From: an uncultured virus (IMG/VR IMGVR_UViG_3300021185_003889)
Taxonomy: Duplodnaviria; Heunggongvirae; Uroviricota; Caudoviricetes
Virus record (IMG/VR): IMGVR_UViG_3300021185_003889
Reading direction: 5' to 3' (one strand)
DNA: 64,000 nt
Position 1 is the first letter of the stretch. Every line of letters begins with the position of its first letter. A program made the translations under genes and the position numbers. Shown piece after piece: positions 46,027 through 55,274 of this stretch. Under the pieces are notes generated by a model. The model worked only from the letters and a program-made list of their open reading frames with translations. It did not search any database and was not told the origin of the DNA.

Positions 46027-49000
46027 TTAAGATAGAGTTGTTGACTCTATAACTGTTCTTTTTGTAATATCATCACTATCTAGATAAACTCTAACATTAG
46101 CACCAGATTTTACTGCTGCTATAAGTTCATCTAATTTAGCATCTGTATTTCCTCCTTCACCTCCTGTACCGGCTATACCTTGTATAAGAGATGTTATAGC
46201 TCCTGTAGCTGCTACTGCTGGTGCTGAAATAGCTGCTGTAGTAATAAGGTCTTTTACTTCTTCTAATTTAGAAGTTTCTAAAGATTCTAATGCTTCTGAT
46301 AATTTAGCTACTCCTTCTGCCATTACTTTTATTCCGGTTCCAGCATTCATTAATCCTGTACCCATTACCGCTATAGCTCCTAACATACCTATTGCAGGTA
46401 ATGAAGTAAATATTGATGCTGTTAGTACTGCAAGACCTCCTGCAAGTGATACCATACCTGCACCCATAACAACTAGTGCTGCTGCTTTTTCTAAAGTAAT
46501 CACATCCAACATACCTATCAATACTCCTCCTACTGCAGATACAATAGACGCTACTCCTTCAAATGCTGCTTTTATAGCAACACCAAATGCATATATTGCA
46601 GGTGATGCCATTAATAAACCTGCTCCTATAGCTAATATAATAGGTATAGCAGGTGCTGCTGCTGCACCGAATGCTCCTAATCCTGCACCAGCGGCTGCGA
46701 GTCCTCCTCCGGCTGCTGCTCCAGTAGTTGCTACTGCTGTTTGTGAAGTTGATAAAGCAGTATTAGCTGTTGTTTGAGCTACTGATGCTCCAACGTTAGC
46801 GTACTTTGCTACTGTGGATGCTACTAATTGAGCTTTTTCAGCAATGTACTGAGCTATTCTGCTTTTACCTAAAAATAAAGCTATCTTTTCGTAAACGTTA
46901 CTTAATTTAGTTTGAATAGCTTTAATTCTTTCAGCACCAATTAATCTTGTTAAGCTAGCAGTTAAAAAATTAGTAGTAGCAGCATAAGCTTTTTGTAATA
47001 CTATACTTACTTTACGAACTGCATTATTTGCTTTTAGTGCTATAGTTTGACCTATAGTCATTTGAGTAGCTTGTTGTGCTGCTTTACCGCCAAAACCAGC
47101 AAGTATTTGCTTATCAGAAAGTCCCTTGGCTTGGGCTACTCTAAATGCTCGCATAGATACCATCAATCCTTTCATAGACTGACCAGATAACATTAACCCT
47201 TTAATAAAGTTAGCAAACTTAAATCCAAAAGTAGCTAGAACTAGACCTTTTAAGATAGTCATTACTGGTTGAAACTTTATTAGAGATGCTAAACCTTGAG
47301 CTAAATATCCTACAAATCCAGCAACAGGTGCTATTACAGAGGCAAGCATATCTACTATTGGAACTAAAGCTTCTAATATAGGAGTAAAAGCTTGAGCTAG
47401 TTTACCTAATAGCATTTGTATTTTTTCTTGGATGGCTATTCTTTCCATCTCTTCTTTGTTAACACCTGCTGCAGCTGCTGCTTGTTCAGATGTCATTCCT
47501 GCTTCTATAGCTCTTTGATATGCTATTTTACCTAATTGATCTCTAGTAAGTCCAAGAGCTTTAGCTTGTGCTTCTTGTTGTATTCGGTTCATCTTACCGA
47601 ACTGTACTAATGAAGCTGAGTTTTTGAATATTTCTTTTCCTACTCCTGCTAAATCATTATTTAATGCAAGCTCTCTAGCTTTAGCCATATTCATTTGCCT
47701 ACCGGTAAGTAGTTGAGCTTCTAATTCTGATTCTATAGATGATTCAAAATCTAATAAACTACTTGCAATACCATCTAAATCAGATAATTCCATTCCAAGT
47801 CTTCTGGCAGTTGCAGCTGCTTTAGTAATCTGACCTGGCATTCCAGCAAATGACGCTTTTATTCCGTCTGCTGCTGTTGCAACATCTCTAAGTACCTGTC
47901 CTTGTGAAACAGCTGATCTGTTTGCTTTATTAAATGCAGAAACTTGGTCTATTACCGCATCAGTTACACCGTCTATGTCACCTGATGTAGTCTGTGCAAT
48001 CATTGCTAGACCTCCTGCTTCGTTAGCAGCAAGACCTAATGTATTTTGTAATTCGGCAGCACCTTGAAGAACTTCATTTGAGAAGATATTCTGAGCATTC
48101 ATACCAGTTTGCTTGGTAAGCTCGTTTATAGTCTCTAAGTACTGCTGTGAGGTTGCTAATCTAGTATTTAGACCTTGTGTAAATACAGCATTTTGTCCAG
48201 TAAGTTGAACTGTTTCAGTTGCTGTTTTATTAATATCTAGAAATGCCTGTGCTACTGCAACTCCTGCTCCTTCTAAACTAAATATAGCTGCACTAAAACC
48301 TTGAAATAAGGTAGATAAACCTTTAGATATAATCTCTAACCTGGAAAAATTAGCAACATTATCAGCAGTTGCTCTGGCCATATCTCGCATCTCTTGTGCG
48401 GCTTGTTCCATTGCAGTATGGAATATACCAGAACGCATACCTAATCGTTCCATAAGTGCACCAGTACCTTCAACTAAGGCACCAGTAACCCCCATTTTCT
48501 TCTCTATCTTATCTTCTAGAAGTAAACGAGTTTGCGTTTTTGAAATAATTCCATTTAAACCAGCATCTTGCTGCGCATTATAGTCTATTATCGCCTGTAA
48601 CTGTCTTTCTTGATCTTTTTGGGTTTGGGTTACAGCTTTACCCTCAGCTTTCCTTAATCTGATTGCAGTCTGTAGACGGGTCATCTCTTTTTTAGCTTCT
48701 TCCTTAGATGCTATTAATGCCTGTTGCTGAACTTTTAATGTTTCTAATTTACTACGTAACTGCTGTCTATTTAAATCAGTTACTCCTATGCTATCATTTA
48801 GTAAGTCCCTTCCAATATCTCTTACTGCATTAAATGAACTACCAACCTGAGAGATAAATTTACCTGTTGATTGTAGTTCGGCAGCATTTTGGGCTAATAT
48901 TTGATTAAGATCTCTAAATGGTAAGGTAGCAGCAGCAGCTTGCATTTCAAGAGCTTGTAACTCTTTATTCATTCTAGTAAGTTCTGCCCTAGCTTGTTCA

Positions 49001-49119
49001 GTAGATTCACCTGCATCAGCAAATGCTTTCTTCATAGAGTTTATTTCTCTAGTAGAAGCACCTAGTTTTGCAAGCTTTTTTATAAGCTCATCAAATTGAT
49101 TCTGTAAATTATCAGCCAC
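46027..49119 (-). CDS. Tail tape measure protein
   Basis: 1030 aa, Ala/Gly-rich helical, LLDFESSIESELEAQLLTG; follows chaperone genes. Confidence 0.88.
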   Translation of the reverse strand: MADNLQNQFDELIKKLAKLGASTREINSMKKAFADAGESTEQARAELTRMNKELQALEMQAAAATLPFRDLNQILAQNAAELQSTGKFISQVGSSFNAVRDIGRDLLNDSIGVTDLNRQQLRSKLETLKVQQQALIASKEEAKKEMTRLQTAIRLRKAEGKAVTQTQKDQERQLQAIIDYNAQQDAGLNGIISKTQTRLLLEDKIEKKMGVTGALVEGTGALMERLGMRSGIFHTAMEQAAQEMRDMARATADNVANFSRLEIISKGLSTLFQGFSAAIFSLEGAGVAVAQAFLDINKTATETVQLTGQNAVFTQGLNTRLATSQQYLETINELTKQTGMNAQNIFSNEVLQGAAELQNTLGLAANEAGGLAMIAQTTSGDIDGVTDAVIDQVSAFNKANRSAVSQGQVLRDVATAADGIKASFAGMPGQITKAAATARRLGMELSDLDGIASSLLDFESSIESELEAQLLTGRQMNMAKARELALNNDLAGVGKEIFKNSASLVQFGKMNRIQQEAQAKALGLTRDQLGKIAYQRAIEAGMTSEQAAAAAGVNKEEMERIAIQEKIQMLLGKLAQAFTPILEALVPIVDMLASVIAPVAGFVGYLAQGLASLIKFQPVMTILKGLVLATFGFKFANFIKGLMLSGQSMKGLMVSMRAFRVAQAKGLSDKQILAGFGGKAAQQATQMTIGQTIALKANNAVRKVSIVLQKAYAATTNFLTASLTRLIGAERIKAIQTKLSNVYEKIALFLGKSRIAQYIAEKAQLVASTVAKYANVGASVAQTTANTALSTSQTAVATTGAAAGGGLAAAGAGLGAFGAAAAPAIPIILAIGAGLLMASPAIYAFGVAIKAAFEGVASIVSAVGGVLIGMLDVITLEKAAALVVMGAGMVSLAGGLAVLTASIFTSLPAIGMLGAIAVMGTGLMNAGTGIKVMAEGVAKLSEALESLETSKLEEVKDLITTAAISAPAVAATGAITSLIQGIAGTGGEGGNTDAKLDELIAAVKSGANVRVYLDSDDITKRTVIESTTLS

Positions 49120-49144
49120 TTAGGTATATTTTTATATAAATAGG

Positions 49145-49171
49145 AAAGGCCTCTATTATTTAGAAGCCTTT
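49145..49171 (-). terminator. Hairpin at end of chaperone-T ORF (weak terminator candidate)
   Basis: AAAGGCTTCTA-AATAA-TAGAGGCCTTT; short U-tract. Confidence 0.45.
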
Positions 49172-49458
49172 GTTGTATATGAAGGTTGTTTAATTGCAGG
49201 ACCTCTCGGCATTGACGAACCTCCTTTTCCTTTGTTTGCTTTTTTCATTTCTTCTGCCTCTTTTTCATAGAATTCATTTATCTTTTGAAAGGTAAAATTT
49301 CTAAGCCAAATCGGCATATTATAGATAGAATGAAAATCGTATCCACCTTTACCATGAAAAACTATTTCATGTATTTGAGTAAATAAACTCGCTCTATATG
49401 TTGGCGTCAGGCCAAAGAAAGGTAATCCCGATCGGTATATCGACGCCCTCCTCTGCAC
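49156..49458 (-). CDS. Tail/baseplate assembly chaperone second ORF (gp51/T-like), possibly made by frameshift
   Basis: LFTQIHEIVFHG..YNMPIWLRNF; overlaps the upstream ORF in the +1 frame. Confidence 0.7.
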   Translation of the reverse strand: MQRRASIYRSGLPFFGLTPTYRASLFTQIHEIVFHGKGGYDFHSIYNMPIWLRNFTFQKINEFYEKEAEEMKKANKGKGGSSMPRGPAIKQPSYTTKASK

Positions 49459-50128
49459 CGTCTGGGTAGAATTTTAAATCTACGTCAGGTTGTATTTCGT
49501 TAACGTATTTTCTAAATTCTCTTGAATCTCTAGCTAGAAATTGATTATCAACATATGGACGAACTGCTTTATCGTCTCCATTTACTGCTGTTATCATATA
49601 TTTTAGTCTAGTAGAAAGTTCTGCTGATGATTCTTTGTTTATTTTCTTTAAACCATCAATCTCTCTTTGCACAGATAATTCGTCACCGTGAGTAAGTAAT
49701 TTAAAAGTAAGCGTATCACCAGTTGCTGGTGTAGTAAACTCAAATTCGTTTTTACCGTCTTTAATATTAGACTCATCTAATGGTTTATTCTGTACTGCTG
49801 ATAAGTCAACGTTCACTTTTTCAGCTAAATAAGTAAATTCGTAATCTTTACCGTATCCTAAAATACGAGCTGCAACTAAAAGTGCATTTTTATCACCAAC
49901 TAATAAGTCATTATATTTAATGTTCTTATCAACTATAAGTGATTGTAGTAATTTGTCAATAACTGTACCTTTTTGGATATAGTTTTGATTAGTTAGAATA
50001 TCCTCTTCCTTAGCAGTCATATATTTCATCTCTATAGTTCCGGATCTAAGAGGTGAATCTTCTGCATACAACAAGCCTTTTGAGGGTAATTCTACAATTT
50101 CCGTTGGAAATTTCTTTTGTTGTTCCAT
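49394..50128 (-). CDS. Tail/baseplate assembly chaperone (T4 gp26-like)
   Basis: ELPSKGLLY, MTAKEEDIL, ARILGYG, C-terminal FLWPD. Confidence 0.85.
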   Translation of the reverse strand: MEQQKKFPTEIVELPSKGLLYAEDSPLRSGTIEMKYMTAKEEDILTNQNYIQKGTVIDKLLQSLIVDKNIKYNDLLVGDKNALLVAARILGYGKDYEFTYLAEKVNVDLSAVQNKPLDESNIKDGKNEFEFTTPATGDTLTFKLLTHGDELSVQREIDGLKKINKESSAELSTRLKYMITAVNGDDKAVRPYVDNQFLARDSREFRKYVNEIQPDVDLKFYPDGAEEGVDIPIGITFLWPDANI

Positions 50129-50157
50129 AAATTATTAAATTAAAACTAGTTTATATA

Positions 50158-50188
50158 TAAATATATAAAAAAATAATTTAATAAACAA
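50158..50188 (-). promoter_or_regulatory. Promoter upstream of chaperone
   Basis: TTG-N20-TATATTTA (overlaps TATTTATA). Confidence 0.55.
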
Positions 50189-50214
50189 AAAAAAGAGGGT
50201 TTATTTACCCTCTT
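50187..50214 (-). terminator. Intrinsic terminator
   Basis: AAGAGGGT-AAATAA-ACCCTCTT + T-run. Confidence 0.8.
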
Positions 50215-50422
50215 CTTTCTTAAGTTGTTTAATTGCTGTTCGCCATTTCCTTTGGGCCTCTTCTAGAGTCAAGTCTCCAGCATCGAGTTCTGCACGTATA
50301 TCTAAGTAAATCATATACTTCGCAGTTTCTTCTTTTTCATAATCCTTAGCATGTAATGTAATCATTCCTAGAATGAGTAATGCAAATGCTAGGATTATCC
50401 TAATTTTGCTTAATAATCTCAT
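50201..50422 (-). CDS. Small secreted/membrane-anchored protein
   Basis: Signal peptide ending LHA; own promoter and terminator. Confidence 0.7.
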   Translation of the reverse strand: MRLLSKIRIILAFALLILGMITLHAKDYEKEETAKYMIYLDIRAELDAGDLTLEEAQRKWRTAIKQLKKEEGK

Positions 50423-50491
50423 AATATAAAGGATTTATAATAATAAATAGCAAATTTCTTAATATTCTCTTAAACTTGCCGTAATATTAAA

Positions 50492-50522
50492 TTAATATAC
50501 GATTATATTATGTTACTACCAA
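50492..50522 (-). promoter_or_regulatory. Promoter upstream of 50201-50422
   Basis: TTG-N20-TATATTAA. Confidence 0.6.
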
Positions 50523-51363
50523 ATATTTTAGAAGGTTCTTCTGAAAGTTGAAAGGTTTGAGGTGTATTATTAGGTTTTATCTTCTTTTTATAACTGTTTA
50601 AAGCTATTTTTGTATATTCATTATGATGAGAAACGGGCATATGGTTATCCCTAGCTTTAGATGGTATACCTACAGTTTTACTTTTGTTTACGTTAATATA
50701 GTGGTATTGCTGTTTACTAAGTGGAGTAACAGTAAATAACTGTGCTCCCATATAATCTGCAAGGTTTACTATCTTATTAAAATGTAAATTATAATACATT
50801 TCCATATTATTATCTTCTAATAATACTTTCTGTAAATCTTTAGTAAGATACATTCTTGTTGATCTAGGTTTAGCTAACCAATCAAATGTTGGTGAAATCG
50901 TAAGCCATTCTTCTGGTATAGGATCAAAATATTCATATCTATACGGGTGAAAAGTAAAAAGAAAAATATTCTTTACTTTTAACATGTCTTTAAAATAATG
51001 TAATAATCTTGAAGAAGTCCCGATCCCGGTTCCAGGAGCTCCTAAATTTAAGAAATTACCTCCTATTTTTTCATTAACTTTATAAGACCAGACATTTTCT
51101 ATATGATGTCCTGAGCCAAAGGTATGACTGCATCCTAAAAATACATTACCTTCAGTACCCTTTTTAAAATCAATATTAGTTCTAAACCCGTAGTTATTTA
51201 ATTTATACTGAATAGGGTTATCTCTATAGTAAAGTAAATTTTCATCATTAGGAAAATTCCTGAGGTTTTCTTTAAATCTACGTTCATTATCACTTTTAGT
51301 CCAGGATAAAGTAGTATTTTTTAATTTACTAAAACCGTGAAGTACTTTTTGTTGTAGTTTCAT
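50503..51363 (-). CDS. SGNH-hydrolase-like protein (start corrected to ATG 51363)
   Basis: YKLNNYGFR, FLGCSHTFG, NLGAPGTG, RDNHM. Confidence 0.65.
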   Translation of the reverse strand: MKLQQKVLHGFSKLKNTTLSWTKSDNERRFKENLRNFPNDENLLYYRDNPIQYKLNNYGFRTNIDFKKGTEGNVFLGCSHTFGSGHHIENVWSYKVNEKIGGNFLNLGAPGTGIGTSSRLLHYFKDMLKVKNIFLFTFHPYRYEYFDPIPEEWLTISPTFDWLAKPRSTRMYLTKDLQKVLLEDNNMEMYYNLHFNKIVNLADYMGAQLFTVTPLSKQQYHYINVNKSKTVGIPSKARDNHMPVSHHNEYTKIALNSYKKKIKPNNTPQTFQLSEEPSKIFGSNII

Positions 51364-51392
51364 TAATAACAATTTACGAAAAATATAGCTAT

Positions 51393-51416
51393 AAAAAAAC
51401 CCACCAAAAGGTGGGT
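51393..51416 (-). terminator. Intrinsic terminator after tail tube
   Basis: ACCCACC-TTTT-GGTGGG-T7. Confidence 0.88.
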
Positions 51417-51440
51417 CTTTAATACTTGTCGGGTAATGTC

Positions 51441-51926
51441 TTAGTAGTTTAGTACACAATAATCCATTGCTACTGTAATTCCTAATTCAGCGACATCTGA
51501 TGTAGCCCAATCGAAAGAACCTTGTTCCATTGAAGTAATGAAAGCTCCTTTGACTATCCATTCAGAAACTATATCGCCTACAGGTCCTAATACGTTAAGT
51601 ACTAGATCTTTTTTGTAGAAGTCTGAATATCCTGCTCTACCAGTTACTGATTCGTAAGATAAACGAGCCCATTCCATTACTGCTTGTGCTCCAGAAGGTG
51701 TAATTGGATCATATAATGTCATGTCCATGTTACCCCATTCTCTTTTACCACGAATTTTTCTATATGTGTTGATGTGATCGAGTTTGACTTCCTCATCCTC
51801 GAAGTTTGGAGCTGTTACGTTCTTTATCATAAAGGACGGAATATTGTCGATATACATTACGAATCTATTCTGTACTTTAGGCTCGAAAGCTCTAAACATT
51901 ATTTCATTTGGATCTAATACTGCCAT
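51441..51926 (-). CDS. Tail tube protein (T4 gp19-like)
   Basis: FEPKVQNRF, LYDPITPSGAQAVMEW, YKKD, GPVGDIVSEW. Confidence 0.9.
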   Translation of the reverse strand: MAVLDPNEIMFRAFEPKVQNRFVMYIDNIPSFMIKNVTAPNFEDEEVKLDHINTYRKIRGKREWGNMDMTLYDPITPSGAQAVMEWARLSYESVTGRAGYSDFYKKDLVLNVLGPVGDIVSEWIVKGAFITSMEQGSFDWATSDVAELGITVAMDYCVLNY

Positions 51927-51961
51927 TTTATTACTTTATTATAAATATTATAAATTCAAAA

Positions 51962-53671
51962 TTATTCTCCAAATGTTGCGCCTGTTGGTTCGATTGTGAA
52001 GTCTAATACAATAAATTCAACTGTTTTAGCTGGTTGAATAAAGATTTGACCAATCAACTGATTTCTGTCGATTACATCTGGTGTGTTGTTTGAGTCGTCC
52101 ATTACTACTCTATAAGCGTAAAGTCCTTGTCTCTGTACTACTGACTCTAAATAAGGATTAACTTGAGCTAAGAATCCATTTCTAGTAGTAGTTGTATTTT
52201 GTTCGAATACTAATGTTCTTGATACATCACCTACGAATTTCTTAAGATCGATCATTAACCTACGAACATTTACTCTATCTAAAGCTGATGATTTAGTCTG
52301 AAGTGTTTTCTGACCAAATACGTTAATTCCTGCTCCTGGGAAGGTAGCAATTGGGTTAACTGTAGCATCATATAAAGTATCTCTTTGAGATCTTGTTAAT
52401 TTTCTTTCTGCTTGAATTACGTCTCCGATTCCACCTCTAGTTAAACCAGCAGGTGCGAACCATGGTGCAGCAGCTCCATCTGTAAATGCATATACTCCAG
52501 GAATAATAGTTGATGCTGGAATCCATACATTTTTACCTGTAGCTGACTGTGTCTGTAACCAAGGCCAGTATGCAGCTCCATAAGAACTATTAACTGAATC
52601 GGCAGCTGCAGCAGCATTTGCTACTGATGTACCGTAATTAGATAGATCTACTACTGCAATAGCATCTCCTCTGCTTTCAGCTAAAGAAATAATACTGTCT
52701 ACTTGAGTTCCATGAGAAGCTCTAGTAAGACCTGGTACTGAAACGATGTTAAATACGTACTCATCTTTATTTCCTAGTACTGAGATAGCATTAGTGTAGT
52801 TACCGCCTGTAAGACCTTGTGATCTAGTGCTGATATCTCCGAAGTAATTATCTCCTCCTACTACATTGTCCCCAGTTGCTCCTGAGAAGGAACCAGAATC
52901 AGTAATTGGTAAAGAACCTGATGCTGAACCAACTCTTATCGATCCGTCATTTCCAATGTAATTTAATGTTTGTCTGTTAACAGCTGATACTCTAATGTAT
53001 TTTGATCTGTTAACGTATTCTCCTGTAGTAGATATAAAAGCTGGGTCTTCACTAGTATTGATAGACTTAGTCTGGTTACCTATTACTTTTTCAATGTAGT
53101 TATCAGTCTCAGGGTCTAACGTTAGGTTAGTATAAGATTCTAATACTACTTTGTTTTTATGATTGTCATCTCCTCTTCTGATGTTAAGTGTAAATGTTCC
53201 TTTTGTATTGTTTACATTTGCTACTTCCCATCTAACATTGTCTGATGATCCATTGACTAAAGATCCGTCTGAGTTAAGAGACCCTGAACTGTTATATATA
53301 GATCCTTTACCAATAGTCTGTAGAGTAAAAGGTGCTGTACCTCCATCTGCTGATGCAGATATATGTGTAGCAGAAGCTGCCCCGAAAGATCCTGTAACAA
53401 CTCTTGTTACAAGCACTGAGTTCCCTCCGTTACCAAAGTAAGATTTTACTGCTATAGAAGTTAAAAATTCTTGTTTAGTTGATCCAGAAGAAAAAGTAGT
53501 TCCAAAGACTCTACTATACTCCCCGAACGAGGTTACTAGGGTAGGAGTTTCTACTGGTCCTTTAACTGCTGGTCCAATGATTGCTGCCCCGGCTTCAAGT
53601 GCGGCTGGAGCGATAAATGATATATCGTTCTCTCTTGTTAGTACACCTGGGGAGATTAATGTTTCTGCCAT
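51962..53671 (-). CDS. Contractile tail sheath protein
   Basis: SPGVLTREND, WFAPAGLTRG, VNPIATFPG, GQKTLQ, RVNVRRL, FEQN, IQPAKTVEFI. Confidence 0.96.
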   Translation of the reverse strand: MAETLISPGVLTRENDISFIAPAALEAGAAIIGPAVKGPVETPTLVTSFGEYSRVFGTTFSSGSTKQEFLTSIAVKSYFGNGGNSVLVTRVVTGSFGAASATHISASADGGTAPFTLQTIGKGSIYNSSGSLNSDGSLVNGSSDNVRWEVANVNNTKGTFTLNIRRGDDNHKNKVVLESYTNLTLDPETDNYIEKVIGNQTKSINTSEDPAFISTTGEYVNRSKYIRVSAVNRQTLNYIGNDGSIRVGSASGSLPITDSGSFSGATGDNVVGGDNYFGDISTRSQGLTGGNYTNAISVLGNKDEYVFNIVSVPGLTRASHGTQVDSIISLAESRGDAIAVVDLSNYGTSVANAAAAADSVNSSYGAAYWPWLQTQSATGKNVWIPASTIIPGVYAFTDGAAAPWFAPAGLTRGGIGDVIQAERKLTRSQRDTLYDATVNPIATFPGAGINVFGQKTLQTKSSALDRVNVRRLMIDLKKFVGDVSRTLVFEQNTTTTRNGFLAQVNPYLESVVQRQGLYAYRVVMDDSNNTPDVIDRNQLIGQIFIQPAKTVEFIVLDFTIEPTGATFGE

Positions 53672-53784
53672 GTTATATAAGTTAAATTATTGAGTACTCT
53701 TATAAATATCGTTAATACAACGAAACCGTTTTGTAATCTTTATACGGTATCATATATAAATATAGTGATTTATCTCTAAAAGGA

Positions 53785-54024
53785 CTAAAGAGGAATAAAT
53801 TCTCCTGAATCTATGTCAACACTCCCCTTTCCGTATTTATCTTCTAGTTTTTTCGCTAGATCTTGTTCAGCTACCTTAAGTTGCTCAAAGTAACCTAATG
53901 CAGAAGCTTTTCTTTTTTTAAGAGTCTCTTCTGATATAGATATCTGTCCAAACTCATTTACTATTTTTTTAGTACTTTCTTGAATAGCTTTTAACTGAGC
54001 TATTTCTTCTTGTTCTAATTTCAT
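53785..54024 (-). CDS. Small coiled-coil phage protein
   Basis: LEDKYGKGSVDIDSGEF. Confidence 0.7.
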   Translation of the reverse strand: MKLEQEEIAQLKAIQESTKKIVNEFGQISISEETLKKRKASALGYFEQLKVAEQDLAKKLEDKYGKGSVDIDSGEFIPL

Positions 54025-55274
54025 ATAAATATAGATTTATCTTTTAATGCATTAACTAAATCTGGAAATAATGCTTTCCAGTCTTCTCTTCTTACTTTAT
54101 CTACCTCTTCTGTAGTATTAATAAATTCATTTACTAGTTTGTTATCTTCTGAATCGTAAAAGTTGCTTTTTAGTCTATTGAAAAAGCCTTCTTCTAGTTT
54201 ACCTTCTATGCTGTCTATTTTTTTTCTTCTTACTTCTAAAGGTATAACTTTTACATTATGGTAGTTAGGATAATTTACATAATTATCTCTAATTACTTTA
54301 ATAACACCAGTTCCGTCTTTATAATATAAGCCTTTTTCCTCTAAATACAAGTGAAGTTCCTCTAAATATAAAAAATTAAAAACATGAATAGTCTGAATTA
54401 TAGCATAATCAAAGTCATATTTGTCAGTATATTTCTTTATGTTACCAATTACTGTTTCAAATCTACTTAAACTTCTGATATAATCGTTTCTTTTAAAAGT
54501 ATCATCTAAACTAAAGTTTAATTTAACCTGTTTAAAGTGATGCAATCTATCTAATATAGGAACTATTCTTTCAAACTTATAATTACCGTTAGTAATATAC
54601 GTTATATAAATGTCTTTAGCTAAATCTCTTTCTATTAATAGATCTAATAGATATGAATGTTTATCTACTAAAAAAGGTTCACCGCCACTTATATGTAATT
54701 CATCTAATTTGAACCCATTCTGTAAAAGATCCAAATATACTTTAGGATCTTCTACCCAATCGTAATCAACTCCATCAGATTTAAGTTTATCGTATCCACT
54801 AGGTAGGTTTATTTTATCTTTTAATTTATAGTAATCGTCTACCCATGAAGTTGATGATTCAGCATTACAACTTCTACATTTTAAATTACAAAAATTACCT
54901 AGCCTTAATTCTAGGTACCTAACATCGGGCTGTATTGTACCATCTTCTTTAGTTATAGACTGTAGATAAGATTCATCTAATATTTTTTCTTTATTTCTTT
55001 TTGAAAATCCTCCTGCTTCTTCTATTTTATAGCAAGTTAAGCAAGCCTCTGGTACCTCACCGGATAGCATATCAGTTCTTATTTTTCTAAAAGACTCTGA
55101 GTTTACTATTTTATTAACTCCATCTCTTATATGTACGGGCCTACTATCTTTACTATCGAAGTTTTGTGATAAAGCATACTTACTTTCCCAATTAGCTTCA
55201 CAGCAAACAGAAGACCATCCATGTGGCATAACACTTAGGTGTTTCCATGGTAAACTACATATAAATTTACTCAT
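54021..55274 (-). CDS. Twitch/SPASM radical SAM protein
   Basis: CSLPW, VCC, CLTC; CNLKCRSC; SGGEPF. Confidence 0.9.
   Translation of the reverse strand: MSKFICSLPWKHLSVMPHGWSSVCCEANWESKYALSQNFDSKDSRPVHIRDGVNKIVNSESFRKIRTDMLSGEVPEACLTCYKIEEAGGFSKRNKEKILDESYLQSITKEDGTIQPDVRYLELRLGNFCNLKCRSCNAESSTSWVDDYYKLKDKINLPSGYDKLKSDGVDYDWVEDPKVYLDLLQNGFKLDELHISGGEPFLVDKHSYLLDLLIERDLAKDIYITYITNGNYKFERIVPILDRLHHFKQVKLNFSLDDTFKRNDYIRSLSRFETVIGNIKKYTDKYDFDYAIIQTIHVFNFLYLEELHLYLEEKGLYYKDGTGVIKVIRDNYVNYPNYHNVKVIPLEVRRKKIDSIEGKLEEGFFNRLKSNFYDSEDNKLVNEFINTTEEVDKVRREDWKALFPDLVNALKDKSIFI

Noticed and set aside
51364..51459. N-terminal extension of the 318-aa ORF
   Set aside because: Spans the tail-tube stop and terminator; ATG 51363 is more plausible.
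28767..53762. T4-type TATAAATA late promoters driving + strand transcripts
   Set aside because: No credible + strand genes follow them; positions fit TATTTATA upstream of - strand genes.
53785..54024. Small ORF after the rSAM array as a RiPP precursor
   Set aside because: Reads as a charged coiled-coil protein with no leader/core pattern or Cys/Trp-rich core.
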